This document shows positions 9,710 to 17,737 of a DNA stretch of 49,834 nucleotides, in pieces (the stretch's first letter is position 1; every line of letters begins with the position of its first letter). The position numbers and the translations under genes were made by a program. The stretch covers positions 1 to 49,834 of the forward strand of contig JAHRVZ010000455.1 in the NCBI GenBank assembly GCA_019090405.1. Reading direction: 5' to 3'. Origin of the DNA: Paracoccaceae bacterium (GTDB lineage: Bacteria; Pseudomonadota; Alphaproteobacteria; Rhodobacterales; Rhodobacteraceae). Under the pieces are notes generated by a model that saw only the letters and a list, made by a program, of their open reading frames with translations, made no database searches and had not been told where the DNA came from.

Positions 9710-9724
9710 TGCGAATCATTCGCA
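9710..9724. promoter_or_regulatory. candidate Fur-family operator (perfect 7-1-7 palindrome TGCGAAT-C-ATTCGCA)
   Basis: Lies in the 156-bp divergent region between the oxidase start (9635) and the fur-family start (9792). Its architecture and the AATnATT core resemble the Fur 7-1-7 box. Confidence 0.45.
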
Positions 9725-9791
9725 TTATGTAATACTCTAAACGCAATTGAGAATTAGTTGCAACTGGAAACCTTCCCTGCGGAGAGAGAGT

Positions 9792-10229
9792 ATGACATCG
9801 GACGGGAAACAGGATCAGAACCCAGCCGGAACACGTGCAAGCGACATTATTGCCAGCAATGGGTTGCGCATCACCAATCAGAGGGTGGCTTTAGTTAAGG
9901 TCTTGCTTGAGTCAGATGATCACCCAGATGCCGTTGAACTACACCGCCGCTTAAGGGCATCAGATGCGTCAATATCCCTAGCCACAGTTTACCGAAACCT
10001 TGCATCTCTGGAAAGTGTCGGCGTCGCTGAGCGGCATTACTTTGAAGGGCATGGTGCCAGATATGAAAGCACAATTTCAGAGCACCATGACCACATTATT
10101 GATTTGGATTCTGACGAAGTTATTGAATTTCAATCGGAAGAAATTGAACAATTACAACAAGAAATTGCGAAAAAACTTGGCTACGAGGTCGTTCACCATC
10201 GACTTGAACTCTATTGTCGGAAGCTGTGA
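9792..10229 (+). CDS. Fur-family metalloregulator lacking the structural CxxC pairs
   Basis: ATG at 9792 follows GGAGAGAGAG. Winged-helix region ISLATVYRNLASLESVG. Regulatory-site motif EHHDHIIDLDSDEVIEF, where the usual Cys residues are replaced by D and S. Confidence 0.85.
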   Translation: MTSDGKQDQNPAGTRASDIIASNGLRITNQRVALVKVLLESDDHPDAVELHRRLRASDASISLATVYRNLASLESVGVAERHYFEGHGARYESTISEHHDHIIDLDSDEVIEFQSEEIEQLQQEIAKKLGYEVVHHRLELYCRKL

Positions 10230-10563
10230 ACGCGAACGGTCATTGTATATTTGCTTTTGTTTGCGCTCTTGGTGACGCGCCTGCTTGGTTGCAGTAGATT
10301 CTTCAGCGGCCAAAGCCCACGTTTTTGTCACGGCCAGACTGTCTTCTCTCGGGTTTTGTCATACTGTCCCTGCCAATGGCTAAAGCGACCGTTCTGGGAA
10401 ATTCGCCACTGACGCACATGACCAATTGCTCGTCTGAGCTGTGCATAGTGCGAAGCTGTCGTCTGAAAATGGTCATATTTGGACGTTTGCAGCGTCGATA
10501 AAAATTAACTGGAACTTGTTACCATTCAAATGCTGCGTTCGCAGAAAATTCCGGAGCGCCGGG

Positions 10564-11415
10564 TCATTTATCATCTTCCGGTTGTTGGTCGTTTCTGTTG
10601 ATGGGGTAACCGGAAGCGGGACCGCGAAAGGGCTGAAACAACAAGCGATCAATCCACAGATCTCGCCTGGTTCGAAACTGCTCGATGCCGATGGTCATGC
10701 CAACATGTCCTGCGCTTGGTTGTGCAAGATAGGTTCCCAGCATCCGGTCCCACCACGGCAAGTTGAACCCAAAGTTGCTGTTGGTCTCTGACGGTATAAT
10801 CGAATGGTGAACCCGGTGCATATCCGGTGTCACGATGACCAGACTTAGTGCTGCATCCAGCCGAGATGGAAGGTGAGCGTTCGAATGATTGAACAACGAC
10901 GTTCCGTTTAACAGAACCTCGAATACCAATACAGCAATGGCGGGCGGCCCGAGTGCCAAAACAAGTAACAGCTTGATCGCCATGGAAATCAAAATCTCGA
11001 ATGGATGGAACCGAACACCAGTCGTCACATCAAATTCCAGGTCGGCATGATGCACCCGGTGCAGACGCCAAAGGGCCGGAACCGCATGGAAAAGGACGTG
11101 TTGCAGGTAGATTGCCAGATCGAGTGCTAGAATTGCAAGGATTATGGCGATCCATCCGGGGATGGCGAACTGGTTTAGAAATCCCCAATCGTTTTCTGAG
11201 GCGATTACCGCGAGGCTGACCGCGACAACCGGAAACGCAAGCCTGACCAGCAGAGCGTCCAGCACAACGAGACCCAGATTGTTCGACCATCGCACCAGCC
11301 GCGGTATCTCTACCCGTCGCCGTGGTGCAGCAAGCTCCCAAGCCGCCATCAAAAACAGGATGCCGAAAAAGATTGCCATCCTCACCGCGGGTTCTTGATC
11401 GATAGCATATTCCAA
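10564..11415 (-). CDS. fatty acid hydroxylase / sterol desaturase superfamily membrane enzyme
   Basis: Histidine boxes HVLFHAVPALWRLHRVHH, HSNAH and HRVHH in a polytopic protein. Confidence 0.85.
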   Translation of the reverse strand: MEYAIDQEPAVRMAIFFGILFLMAAWELAAPRRRVEIPRLVRWSNNLGLVVLDALLVRLAFPVVAVSLAVIASENDWGFLNQFAIPGWIAIILAILALDLAIYLQHVLFHAVPALWRLHRVHHADLEFDVTTGVRFHPFEILISMAIKLLLVLALGPPAIAVLVFEVLLNGTSLFNHSNAHLPSRLDAALSLVIVTPDMHRVHHSIIPSETNSNFGFNLPWWDRMLGTYLAQPSAGHVGMTIGIEQFRTRRDLWIDRLLFQPFRGPASGYPINRNDQQPEDDK

Positions 11416-11573
11416 GGCTATAAATCCCTCTGTCTCGATACAGCTACCACAAATGAATGAGCGATGTCATGCCAGCCCTTTCGTGGCGATATCCTTCAAG
11501 ACAATAACTTGCTCAATCCAAGCAACGGCAAGTCGCTCTTCATTCCACAGGTTGGAGAAACGGTGCAGGAGGA

Positions 11574-12869
11574 TCATTGGATGAGCTTTTCAACCTCCCC
11601 AATTCGGCGGAGAAGGGCCATCTGCCAAACTGCGGCCAAAATTGCGGCCACGAATACCGCCTCTATTGAAATCATCGATACCAGTGCAGCGCCCAGCAGT
11701 GGCAGCAGCGCTGCGGGTGAGGCCATGACATTGAAGTAGGCGGAATAGACTGGGCGTCTGTCATCGGGGGAAATCTCCATCAGGTAGCCCAGATAGCCGA
11801 TTGTCACGCCGTTCATCATCGCCCCGACCATAAAGAATATTGCGGCGAAAGCAGGTAGACTGGCGTCAGCGGCAAGAAAAACGAGGACCAGTAGCGGTGG
11901 TATTGTACGGACAATCGCAACGGCCTGAAGCAAACGCAGTTTGCCTGTCTTGTCGCCGATCCTGCCCCAAAGCGGGTTTGATGTCAGCGACCCGATTGTC
12001 TGTGCGCCCAACAGCACACCGACATCCGCTGCCGCAACGTCATTCTGGCTCGCTGCGACAAAATAGAAAGGCAGCGCCATCAGGGTGGCACCCCCCAGCC
12101 ATTGAAAGCCCACAAACAGGCGAAAGCGGGAATCGCTTTTCAGTATCTCGACACCACCTCTGAGGAAATCTCTGATGTTGCCAGCAGGCTTTTGCGCCTT
12201 TGGGCTGACGGGCGGCTCTCCGGCAGAGACGAACAACGACGAGGACAGGATCATCAGCATGGACGCGACACCAAAGATCAAAGCGTACGCCATCAGAATG
12301 GGAATGACATCAAGCGACCACCGGACGAATACGGCGATGATCAGTGCGATGAGCCCGCCGCCGAAGAACCGCCACGCGAGCATGGAACTGCGCGAGGTCG
12401 ATGGGATGGAGCGCCCGACGATATCGTTGTAGGGCACGGCCACAACGCCACTGATGAAGGCATAGGCGGTCCAGAGGACGAAAAACCCGACAACCAACGG
12501 AACCGGCGGCCAGTCAAGCAGTGGCCAGTCCGAGCCCCACCACAGCAGAACGGCGATCAGCGCCAGACAGGTTGCGCGACCGTATGCACCAAAGACATAG
12601 AAGGGCATGCGCCGATCGGCTCGCTGTGCCAGATAGCCAACGACCAATTGCGGCAACAGCCAGCCCAGCCGAAGGATGGTGGTGACGGCACCCACGGCAA
12701 AGACGCTGCCCGTCAGATAGAAAACCAGGCTGGCCACCACCGTGGCGGAATCGACCGCTGCAGTCCCCCCTTGGAAAGACGCCCCCGCGGCAGCAATCAG
12801 TCGGAAGCGTCGTCGTTCCGTTGCGCCTTCACGCCCGGGCATTAAGTGTCTCCGCTTCAAGTTGGACAC
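11574..12869 (-). CDS. MFS-type transporter
   Basis: 431 aa with about 12 hydrophobic segments. No substrate-specific signature was recognised. Confidence 0.65.
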   Translation of the reverse strand: MSNLKRRHLMPGREGATERRRFRLIAAAGASFQGGTAAVDSATVVASLVFYLTGSVFAVGAVTTILRLGWLLPQLVVGYLAQRADRRMPFYVFGAYGRATCLALIAVLLWWGSDWPLLDWPPVPLVVGFFVLWTAYAFISGVVAVPYNDIVGRSIPSTSRSSMLAWRFFGGGLIALIIAVFVRWSLDVIPILMAYALIFGVASMLMILSSSLFVSAGEPPVSPKAQKPAGNIRDFLRGGVEILKSDSRFRLFVGFQWLGGATLMALPFYFVAASQNDVAAADVGVLLGAQTIGSLTSNPLWGRIGDKTGKLRLLQAVAIVRTIPPLLVLVFLAADASLPAFAAIFFMVGAMMNGVTIGYLGYLMEISPDDRRPVYSAYFNVMASPAALLPLLGAALVSMISIEAVFVAAILAAVWQMALLRRIGEVEKLIQ

Positions 12870-13890
12870 GGCGGATGTCGATGCCGCTTTGCCACAGGAC
12901 GATCAATCCGATGCCTACGACAAGTAGGATCGTCATGATGTAATTGAACAGGATCATCAGCAGCGCCGTTTCTGGCGGAACGCCCAACATCTGCAATGCA
13001 AATCCAGCGCCAAAAATGAAACTGCCCGGTATTCGCACGAAACGACCCAGCACCATGATGAACCCGGAAAACACCATCAGAAAGATATAGTCCCAAGGGG
13101 CCAGAACGACGCCAACCGCAAGGCCCGCCCAGACAAAATGGGTCGCCGCGATTAACTTGGCTGCGATTGCGCCCAGAAACACCGCTGCCCGCCGTGTGGC
13201 ATCGCGTGGCCAGACCACTCCATCACAAATTGCCGTGCGCAATCCCGGGCCATTTGCGCGCATTCGCGCGGCGACCCAATCAAACAGGCGGCAAATCACC
13301 GGCCCGTCGCTGGCAAAAAGTGTGCGGAACCTGAACATCGCCCAAAGCAGCCCGCCAAACAACACTATGTTGAGCGCGCCGGCAACACTGAGGCCCAGTT
13401 CCAGATTGCCCTCAGCCTGCGGCACTTTCCCGACAAGCGCCAACACACCTGCAACAAGCGCGAAAACCACGCCGTCGATAAACCGCGAGATGATTGTGGT
13501 TGTCAGGACTGTTGCCATCTTCAACTGCTCAAGCCGTGCGATAATCCACGCGCGCACCAACGGGCTAATCCCAAGTGGCACCAGCACATTGGCCCCATAT
13601 CCGGCCAGCAAAGCGCCAGTTAGCCGGAAGGTGTCCACGGGTTTGACATCGTGCAAAATTTGACGCCATTTCCAGCCGTTGAAAAATTGCTCCAACAGGA
13701 TGGTCACGGCGAGGATCACGACCCAGATTAGATTGGCAGACCGCAGCCCATCCAGGAATTTGCCGAAGTCCAAGCTTCCGTACAGCATGAAGATCAGGAC
13801 AAGCGCCACTGCCGCGCCAATCAGAGGCGCACCCCAACGCAGCAGCAATCCATTCATACCTTCTCCTGTTCGAAGTCTGCGCCAAATCAA
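12829..13890 (-). CDS. LPG-synthase-TM / UPF0104 flippase-like membrane protein
   Basis: Polytopic protein. The N-terminal pattern (GKFLDGLRSANLIWVVILAVTILLEQFFNGWKWRQIL) matches my memory of the lysylphosphatidylglycerol synthase TM-region family. Confidence 0.55.
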   Translation of the reverse strand: MIWRRLRTGEGMNGLLLRWGAPLIGAAVALVLIFMLYGSLDFGKFLDGLRSANLIWVVILAVTILLEQFFNGWKWRQILHDVKPVDTFRLTGALLAGYGANVLVPLGISPLVRAWIIARLEQLKMATVLTTTIISRFIDGVVFALVAGVLALVGKVPQAEGNLELGLSVAGALNIVLFGGLLWAMFRFRTLFASDGPVICRLFDWVAARMRANGPGLRTAICDGVVWPRDATRRAAVFLGAIAAKLIAATHFVWAGLAVGVVLAPWDYIFLMVFSGFIMVLGRFVRIPGSFIFGAGFALQMLGVPPETALLMILFNYIMTILLVVGIGLIVLWQSGIDIRRVQLEAETLNARA

Positions 13891-13892
13891 CC

Positions 13893-14255
13893 TCAGCGGT
13901 AGCGTCCCATCAGCTTCTCACTCAGATACCAGATTAAGCCACTCCCAGCTCCGATTGTAAGACCGAGCCAGCGCCAACCGTCCGGTCCAAGCGGCACCAG
14001 CCCGGTACCGTGGCCCAGCACTGGCACGATCATCGCCAACAGAAACGGCCCGGTATAGCGGCAATGTACGCGACCGCAGCGGCGGTTATTCCAAATGCAC
14101 GCACCGCCCATCCACGCCAGTGCAACAACCCAGACCGCTGTCTTCGGCCCGGTCGGAAGCCAGATCGCCAATACCATCAAGCCGATGGGCAGCCACCAAG
14201 CAAGGATGGCGTTGCGATACGTACCCAGAAGATCATTTCTTGTTGCATTTGTCAT
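13893..14255 (-). CDS. small polytopic membrane protein with a Cys cluster (GGACIWNNRRCGRVHCRYTGP), co-oriented 4 nt downstream of merA
   Basis: The internal ATG at 14255 avoids overlap with merA. Three to four hydrophobic segments. The family was not recognised. Confidence 0.5.
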   Translation of the reverse strand: MTNATRNDLLGTYRNAILAWWLPIGLMVLAIWLPTGPKTAVWVVALAWMGGACIWNNRRCGRVHCRYTGPFLLAMIVPVLGHGTGLVPLGPDGWRWLGLTIGAGSGLIWYLSEKLMGRYR

Positions 14256-14259
14256 TTTA

Positions 14260-15693
14260 TCACCCCGCACAACATGACAATTTGGCGACATCCTTCTCGA
14301 ATGTCTGCGCAGCTAATTTCAGCCCTTCGACAGTTGTGAGGTAAGGAAAGATCATCGCACCCAAATCGTCGTAGGTCATACCCATCTTGAGAGCCATCGC
14401 TGCAGTCTGAATGCTGTCCGCGCCTTCTGGGGCAATGATATGCGCGCCCAAGAGTTTTTTGCTGTCCTTGTCCGCAACCAGCTTGATCAAACCGCGTGTA
14501 TCACGTGCAGCCAAAGCGCGTGGAACATGCTCCAAACCCAAAACAGATGTGACAACCTCATAACCCGCAGACTGGGCCTGTGCTTCGGTGAGGCCAACGC
14601 TGGCAACTTGCGGATCAGAGAAGACCACGGCAGGCATGATGCTGTTGTCATAGCTAAGCGTGTTTCCATTCATCGCATTTTTGGCAGCGAGTCTCGCGCC
14701 GTATGCCGCCATATAAACAAACTGGTCGGTTCCGGTCACATCACCCGTGGCATAAACCCCGTCCCGTGTGCTGCGCATCTCTGGGTCAATTACAATTCCA
14801 CCGCGCGCATTCGTGTCGATCCCGGCGACATCGAGCGCCAATGAGCTTGTGTTCGGAACACGGCCCGTTGCGAGCATTAGCTTTTCAGCTTCGATCCTGA
14901 CGGCCACGCCATTATGTGTGGCGTGCAGGGTGACGCCATCGCCCGATTTTTCAAATCGGTCATAAGACAGCCCATCAAGAACCTTAATACCCTCTTCGGA
15001 AAAGGCTTTCGCCAGGGCTTCGCTGACCTCTGGTTCTGCCTCCGGCAGCAAGCCACCACGCGTGACGATGGTGACTTCTACGCCTGCACGGGCAAATATC
15101 TGAGCAATCTCAACGCCGATATAGCCGCCACCCATCACCATCAGAGATTTCGGGAGATGCATCTGTTCAAGTGCAGACGTGCTGTCCAGCCAGTCAACGC
15201 CGTCCAGTCCGGGGATATCGGGGATGTGCGGGGCCGAACCCGTTGCAATGATGACTTTTGGTGCACGAATAATGCGGTCTCCAACCTTCAAAGAACCATC
15301 GTTTGCAAAACTCGCCTGACCTTCGATGTAGGTGACGCCTTCATAGTTCGGCAGAACATCAACGTATTTTGCCGCGCGAAGATCATCCACCAAGGCTTGC
15401 TTTTGGGCCACCAACGCCGCCCAATCGGTTACTTTTGCCGTAGCTTCCACGCCATCAAACCGATCAGCCCCTTTGGCTGCGTGCAGTGCTTCGACCGCGC
15501 GGATCATCGCTTTGGAGGGGACGCACCCGACGTTGACGCAAGTGCCGCCGATGGTTCCGTAGCCTATGAGAACAACCCGCGCACCGTCTTCGGCTGCGGT
15601 GATTGCAGCGGAAAATCCAGCAGAGCCAGCACCGATCACAGCGAGGTCATACGTATAGGCATCCACCGCGTTTAGGTTCAGTAAATCAAGCAT
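14260..15693 (-). CDS. merA: mercuric reductase, core form without the N-terminal HMA (NmerA) domain
   Basis: FAD motif DLAVIGAGSAG near the N-terminus. Redox-active GGTCVNVGCVPSK. Diagnostic C-terminal vicinal cysteines KLSCCAG. Confidence 0.95.
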   Translation of the reverse strand: MLDLLNLNAVDAYTYDLAVIGAGSAGFSAAITAAEDGARVVLIGYGTIGGTCVNVGCVPSKAMIRAVEALHAAKGADRFDGVEATAKVTDWAALVAQKQALVDDLRAAKYVDVLPNYEGVTYIEGQASFANDGSLKVGDRIIRAPKVIIATGSAPHIPDIPGLDGVDWLDSTSALEQMHLPKSLMVMGGGYIGVEIAQIFARAGVEVTIVTRGGLLPEAEPEVSEALAKAFSEEGIKVLDGLSYDRFEKSGDGVTLHATHNGVAVRIEAEKLMLATGRVPNTSSLALDVAGIDTNARGGIVIDPEMRSTRDGVYATGDVTGTDQFVYMAAYGARLAAKNAMNGNTLSYDNSIMPAVVFSDPQVASVGLTEAQAQSAGYEVVTSVLGLEHVPRALAARDTRGLIKLVADKDSKKLLGAHIIAPEGADSIQTAAMALKMGMTYDDLGAMIFPYLTTVEGLKLAAQTFEKDVAKLSCCAG

Positions 15694-15711
15694 GATGTTG
15701 GTCTTTCGGAT

Positions 15712-15933
15712 TCAGGTTTTCCGCGCACGGCGGATGACAGCGTAAATCGTGATCAGTATGAACACAGCGAGGGCAGGGAATAAAACGTAGTCCAGATAGC
15801 CGACCAGAGCTGACAGGCCGACAATGCCAAAAAGCACGACCAGAATTGGCGTGAAGCAACACAACGCGATTATCACCGTGCCGATAATGCCCATTTTAAG
15901 AAGTCTGTCGTTCACGTTGGTCGTCCTTTTCAA
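15712..15933 (-). CDS. merF: MerF-like mercury transporter lacking the C-terminal Cys pair
   Basis: IIGTVIIALCCFTPILVVLFGIVGLSALVGYLDYVLFPALAVF closely follows the MerF sequence as I recall it. The protein ends in RRARKT, without the second CC. Confidence 0.8.
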   Translation of the reverse strand: MKRTTNVNDRLLKMGIIGTVIIALCCFTPILVVLFGIVGLSALVGYLDYVLFPALAVFILITIYAVIRRARKT

Positions 15934-16159
15934 ATTCTTGTTTGTGTTTGCGCATCCGCATGAAATTGCGCGCTGCTAAGAACACGATGCCGCTAAGCGT
16001 GGCCACCAGGGCAGAAGTTAGCAAATTGGCACCCGTCAGAAATCCAGCCGTTCCGAAAAGAACGGTTCCGATCAGGGCTGCCTTTCCCGCGCAGCAAATC
16101 AAGACAACCGGTGCGGCGACGATGAAGGCCAGTAGGCCTCCTGATGAGCTATCTTTCAT
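15896..16159 (-). CDS. two-TM membrane protein with a vicinal Cys pair (LICCAGK); candidate additional Hg(II) transporter
   Basis: ATG at 16159, 8 nt after the merP stop. 87 aa with two hydrophobic helices and CC in the first helix. Located between merP and merF. Confidence 0.5.
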   Translation of the reverse strand: MKDSSSGGLLAFIVAAPVVLICCAGKAALIGTVLFGTAGFLTGANLLTSALVATLSGIVFLAARNFMRMRKHKQEFEKDDQRERQTS

Positions 16160-16166
16160 ATGCGGC

Positions 16167-16460
16167 TCAGGAATTGCCGTCGTCGGACATAAGCTCAGCT
16201 TCATAGCCCGCAGATGTAGAGGCGAACGCAATATCTTCTGCACTGGCGATGGCGTCATCAAAGATAACTAGCGCCGTTCGGGTTTCGGCATCAGCGGTCA
16301 CGGTTACAACCCCATTGACCCCGCTCATCGCCGATTCAACGATAAAGGGGCAACTTGCACAGGTCATGCCGGGAACAGAGAATATCACTGTCTGCTCAGC
16401 CGCAAAAACAGGGGCGGCCATAAAACCAATCAGGGCCAAAACGGAAGTGTGGAGTTTCAT
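16167..16460 (-). CDS. merP: periplasmic mercury-binding protein
   Basis: Signal peptide MKLHTSVLALIGFMAAPVFA, followed by the HMA motif GMTCASCP. Confidence 0.9.
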   Translation of the reverse strand: MKLHTSVLALIGFMAAPVFAAEQTVIFSVPGMTCASCPFIVESAMSGVNGVVTVTADAETRTALVIFDDAIASAEDIAFASTSAGYEAELMSDDGNS

Positions 16461-16471
16461 TGTATGTCCTT

Positions 16472-16876
16472 TCACAGACCAAGAAGAATGGGGGCAACGA
16501 CCGGCGCGATCCAGTTCCAGAACAACGCGATCACGATAAGAATTGTTGATGCCCAAAGCGCGGATTTAACCAATCGGTTGGGAAGTGGCCGCGCGCAGGT
16601 TTCATCCTCTGCGCAGACCTTGGGCTTGCGGTAAACCATCCAATAGCCGCAGCCAAGAAACCCCAGCGTGATCATGATGAAGATTGGCTTGTAGGGTTCA
16701 AGCGCAGTCAGATTGCCGATCCATGCACCGGATACGCCAAGGCTAATCAGGATCAATGGAACAATGCAGCACGTTGAGGCGGCAAGAGCGCCAAGGATAC
16801 CACCGGCCGCAATCATGCGCGCCTTTCGGCTGTCAGGATCGCTCTGATTCAGTTCAACGTCTATTGTGTCGGTCAT
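16472..16876 (-). CDS. merT: mercury transporter MerT
   Basis: LAASTCCIVPLILISLGVSGAWIGNLTALEPYKPIF matches the MerT first-helix CC region. A second Cys pair occurs in KVCAEDETC. Confidence 0.9.
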   Translation of the reverse strand: MTDTIDVELNQSDPDSRKARMIAAGGILGALAASTCCIVPLILISLGVSGAWIGNLTALEPYKPIFIMITLGFLGCGYWMVYRKPKVCAEDETCARPLPNRLVKSALWASTILIVIALFWNWIAPVVAPILLGL

Positions 16877-16917
16877 GCAGGCACTCGCAATTCAGGTTTC
16901 TTGATGTAAGATGCGGT

Positions 16918-16932
16918 CTGTAGCCACTACAG
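16918..16932. promoter_or_regulatory. candidate MerR operator dyad CTGTAG-N3-CTACAG in the merR/merT divergent region
   Basis: Perfect 6-3-6 inverted repeat in the 74-bp merT-merR intergenic region. On the merT strand it sits directly downstream of a TTGCTT hexamer. Confidence 0.45.
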
Positions 16933-16950
16933 AAGCAAGAGGTTTTTTCG

Positions 16951-17397
16951 ATGTCCGACTTCACAAACCCGCGAGGCTATCCGATTGGTGAAATGTCCAA
17001 GCGCACTGGCGTGAATATTGAAACGATCCGCTACTACGAGCGGATCAACATCATGCCAAAGCCGGATCGCACGGCAGGCGGCAACCGCCAGTACAATCAT
17101 GATCAGCTCAAACGGCTGTCTTTCATCAAGACGTCCCGAGAACTTGGGTTCAGCATAGATGAAATCCGAGCATTGCTGGAAATGGTTGACCGAGAAGATT
17201 TCACCTGTGGCGAAGTGCATGGACTGACCATTGGGCACTTGGCGTCTGTGCGTGAAAAGATCAAAGGGCTGCGAAAGTTGGAAAAGGCTCTTGTTGGAAT
17301 GGCGGCGGAGTGCAGCCAAGGCAATGTGCCAGACTGCCCAATCCTAGAGACACTGTTTCAGGCGCGCACCCGTTCCAAGCCTGCATTACCGACATGA
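16951..17397 (+). CDS. merR: Hg(II)-responsive MerR-family regulator
   Basis: HTH IGEMSKRTGVNIETIRYYE. Three conserved Cys positions (FTCGEV, AAECSQGNVPDCP). Divergent from merT. Confidence 0.9.
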   Translation: MSDFTNPRGYPIGEMSKRTGVNIETIRYYERINIMPKPDRTAGGNRQYNHDQLKRLSFIKTSRELGFSIDEIRALLEMVDREDFTCGEVHGLTIGHLASVREKIKGLRKLEKALVGMAAECSQGNVPDCPILETLFQARTRSKPALPT

Positions 17398-17647
17398 CGG
17401 ATAAGTCGATATTGTCAAATATTTAACATAAGTATGATTATCAGTATTTTATCAGGTGGTAAAATTTTACCAACACATTTGCTTCTTAGCCACCTCGCTA
17501 TCATAGAACTGCTGCCGGATTCACGTCGCGTTATTCGTGATAAAAGCTCCCTGCCCCATCTAGAGCTCCTGCGAATTAGGTTTTGGGCCGCAAGCAAAGT
17601 ACGAGACGCCGCACTCTGATGGATTGTTCCGCGCCGTGCCTGATGCT

Positions 17648-17737
17648 GCAGAGAGGAAGAGGAAGGTCAGCCCGGGTTGCCGGGCTTTGAAGGGAGAGAG
17701 AGGCTCTCCCGGACCGGCTCCAAGAAGGAGCTCTCCG
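17648..17737 (+). promoter_or_regulatory. repeated 5-prime leader element, family 1, copy 1 (function unknown)
   Basis: AGAGAGGAAGAGG, hairpin AGCCCGG-gttg-CCGGGCT (17669-17686), then GGAGAGAGAGG. The same architecture occurs at 21511 and 23365. Confidence 0.6.

Noticed and set aside
9636-9746. Longer start for the multicopper oxidase ORF
   Set aside because: The extension precedes the twin-arginine signal with an implausible Cys/Lys-rich segment and would swallow the divergent promoter region. GGAGA precedes the ATG at 9635.
10230-10563. Possible IS5-family transposase N-terminal remnant on the minus strand (frame reading ...VRQWRISQNGRFSHWQGQYDKTREKTVWP*)
   Set aside because: Only a loose resemblance to the WRDLP...GPW..VY..F.RW...GVW pattern, with wrong spacings. 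That is too weak to call without a database search, so the gap is left unannotated.
12102-12845. 247-aa antisense ORF within the MFS gene
   Set aside because: Its Arg/Gly/Asp/Gln-rich low-complexity translation is typical of an antisense frame of a membrane-protein gene.
17624-17737. ORF-track N-terminal extension of the ParB-like gene (start 17624)
   Set aside because: The extension is Arg/Gly/Pro-rich and is just the family-1 leader read in frame. A strong AAGGAG site precedes the internal ATG at 17738.
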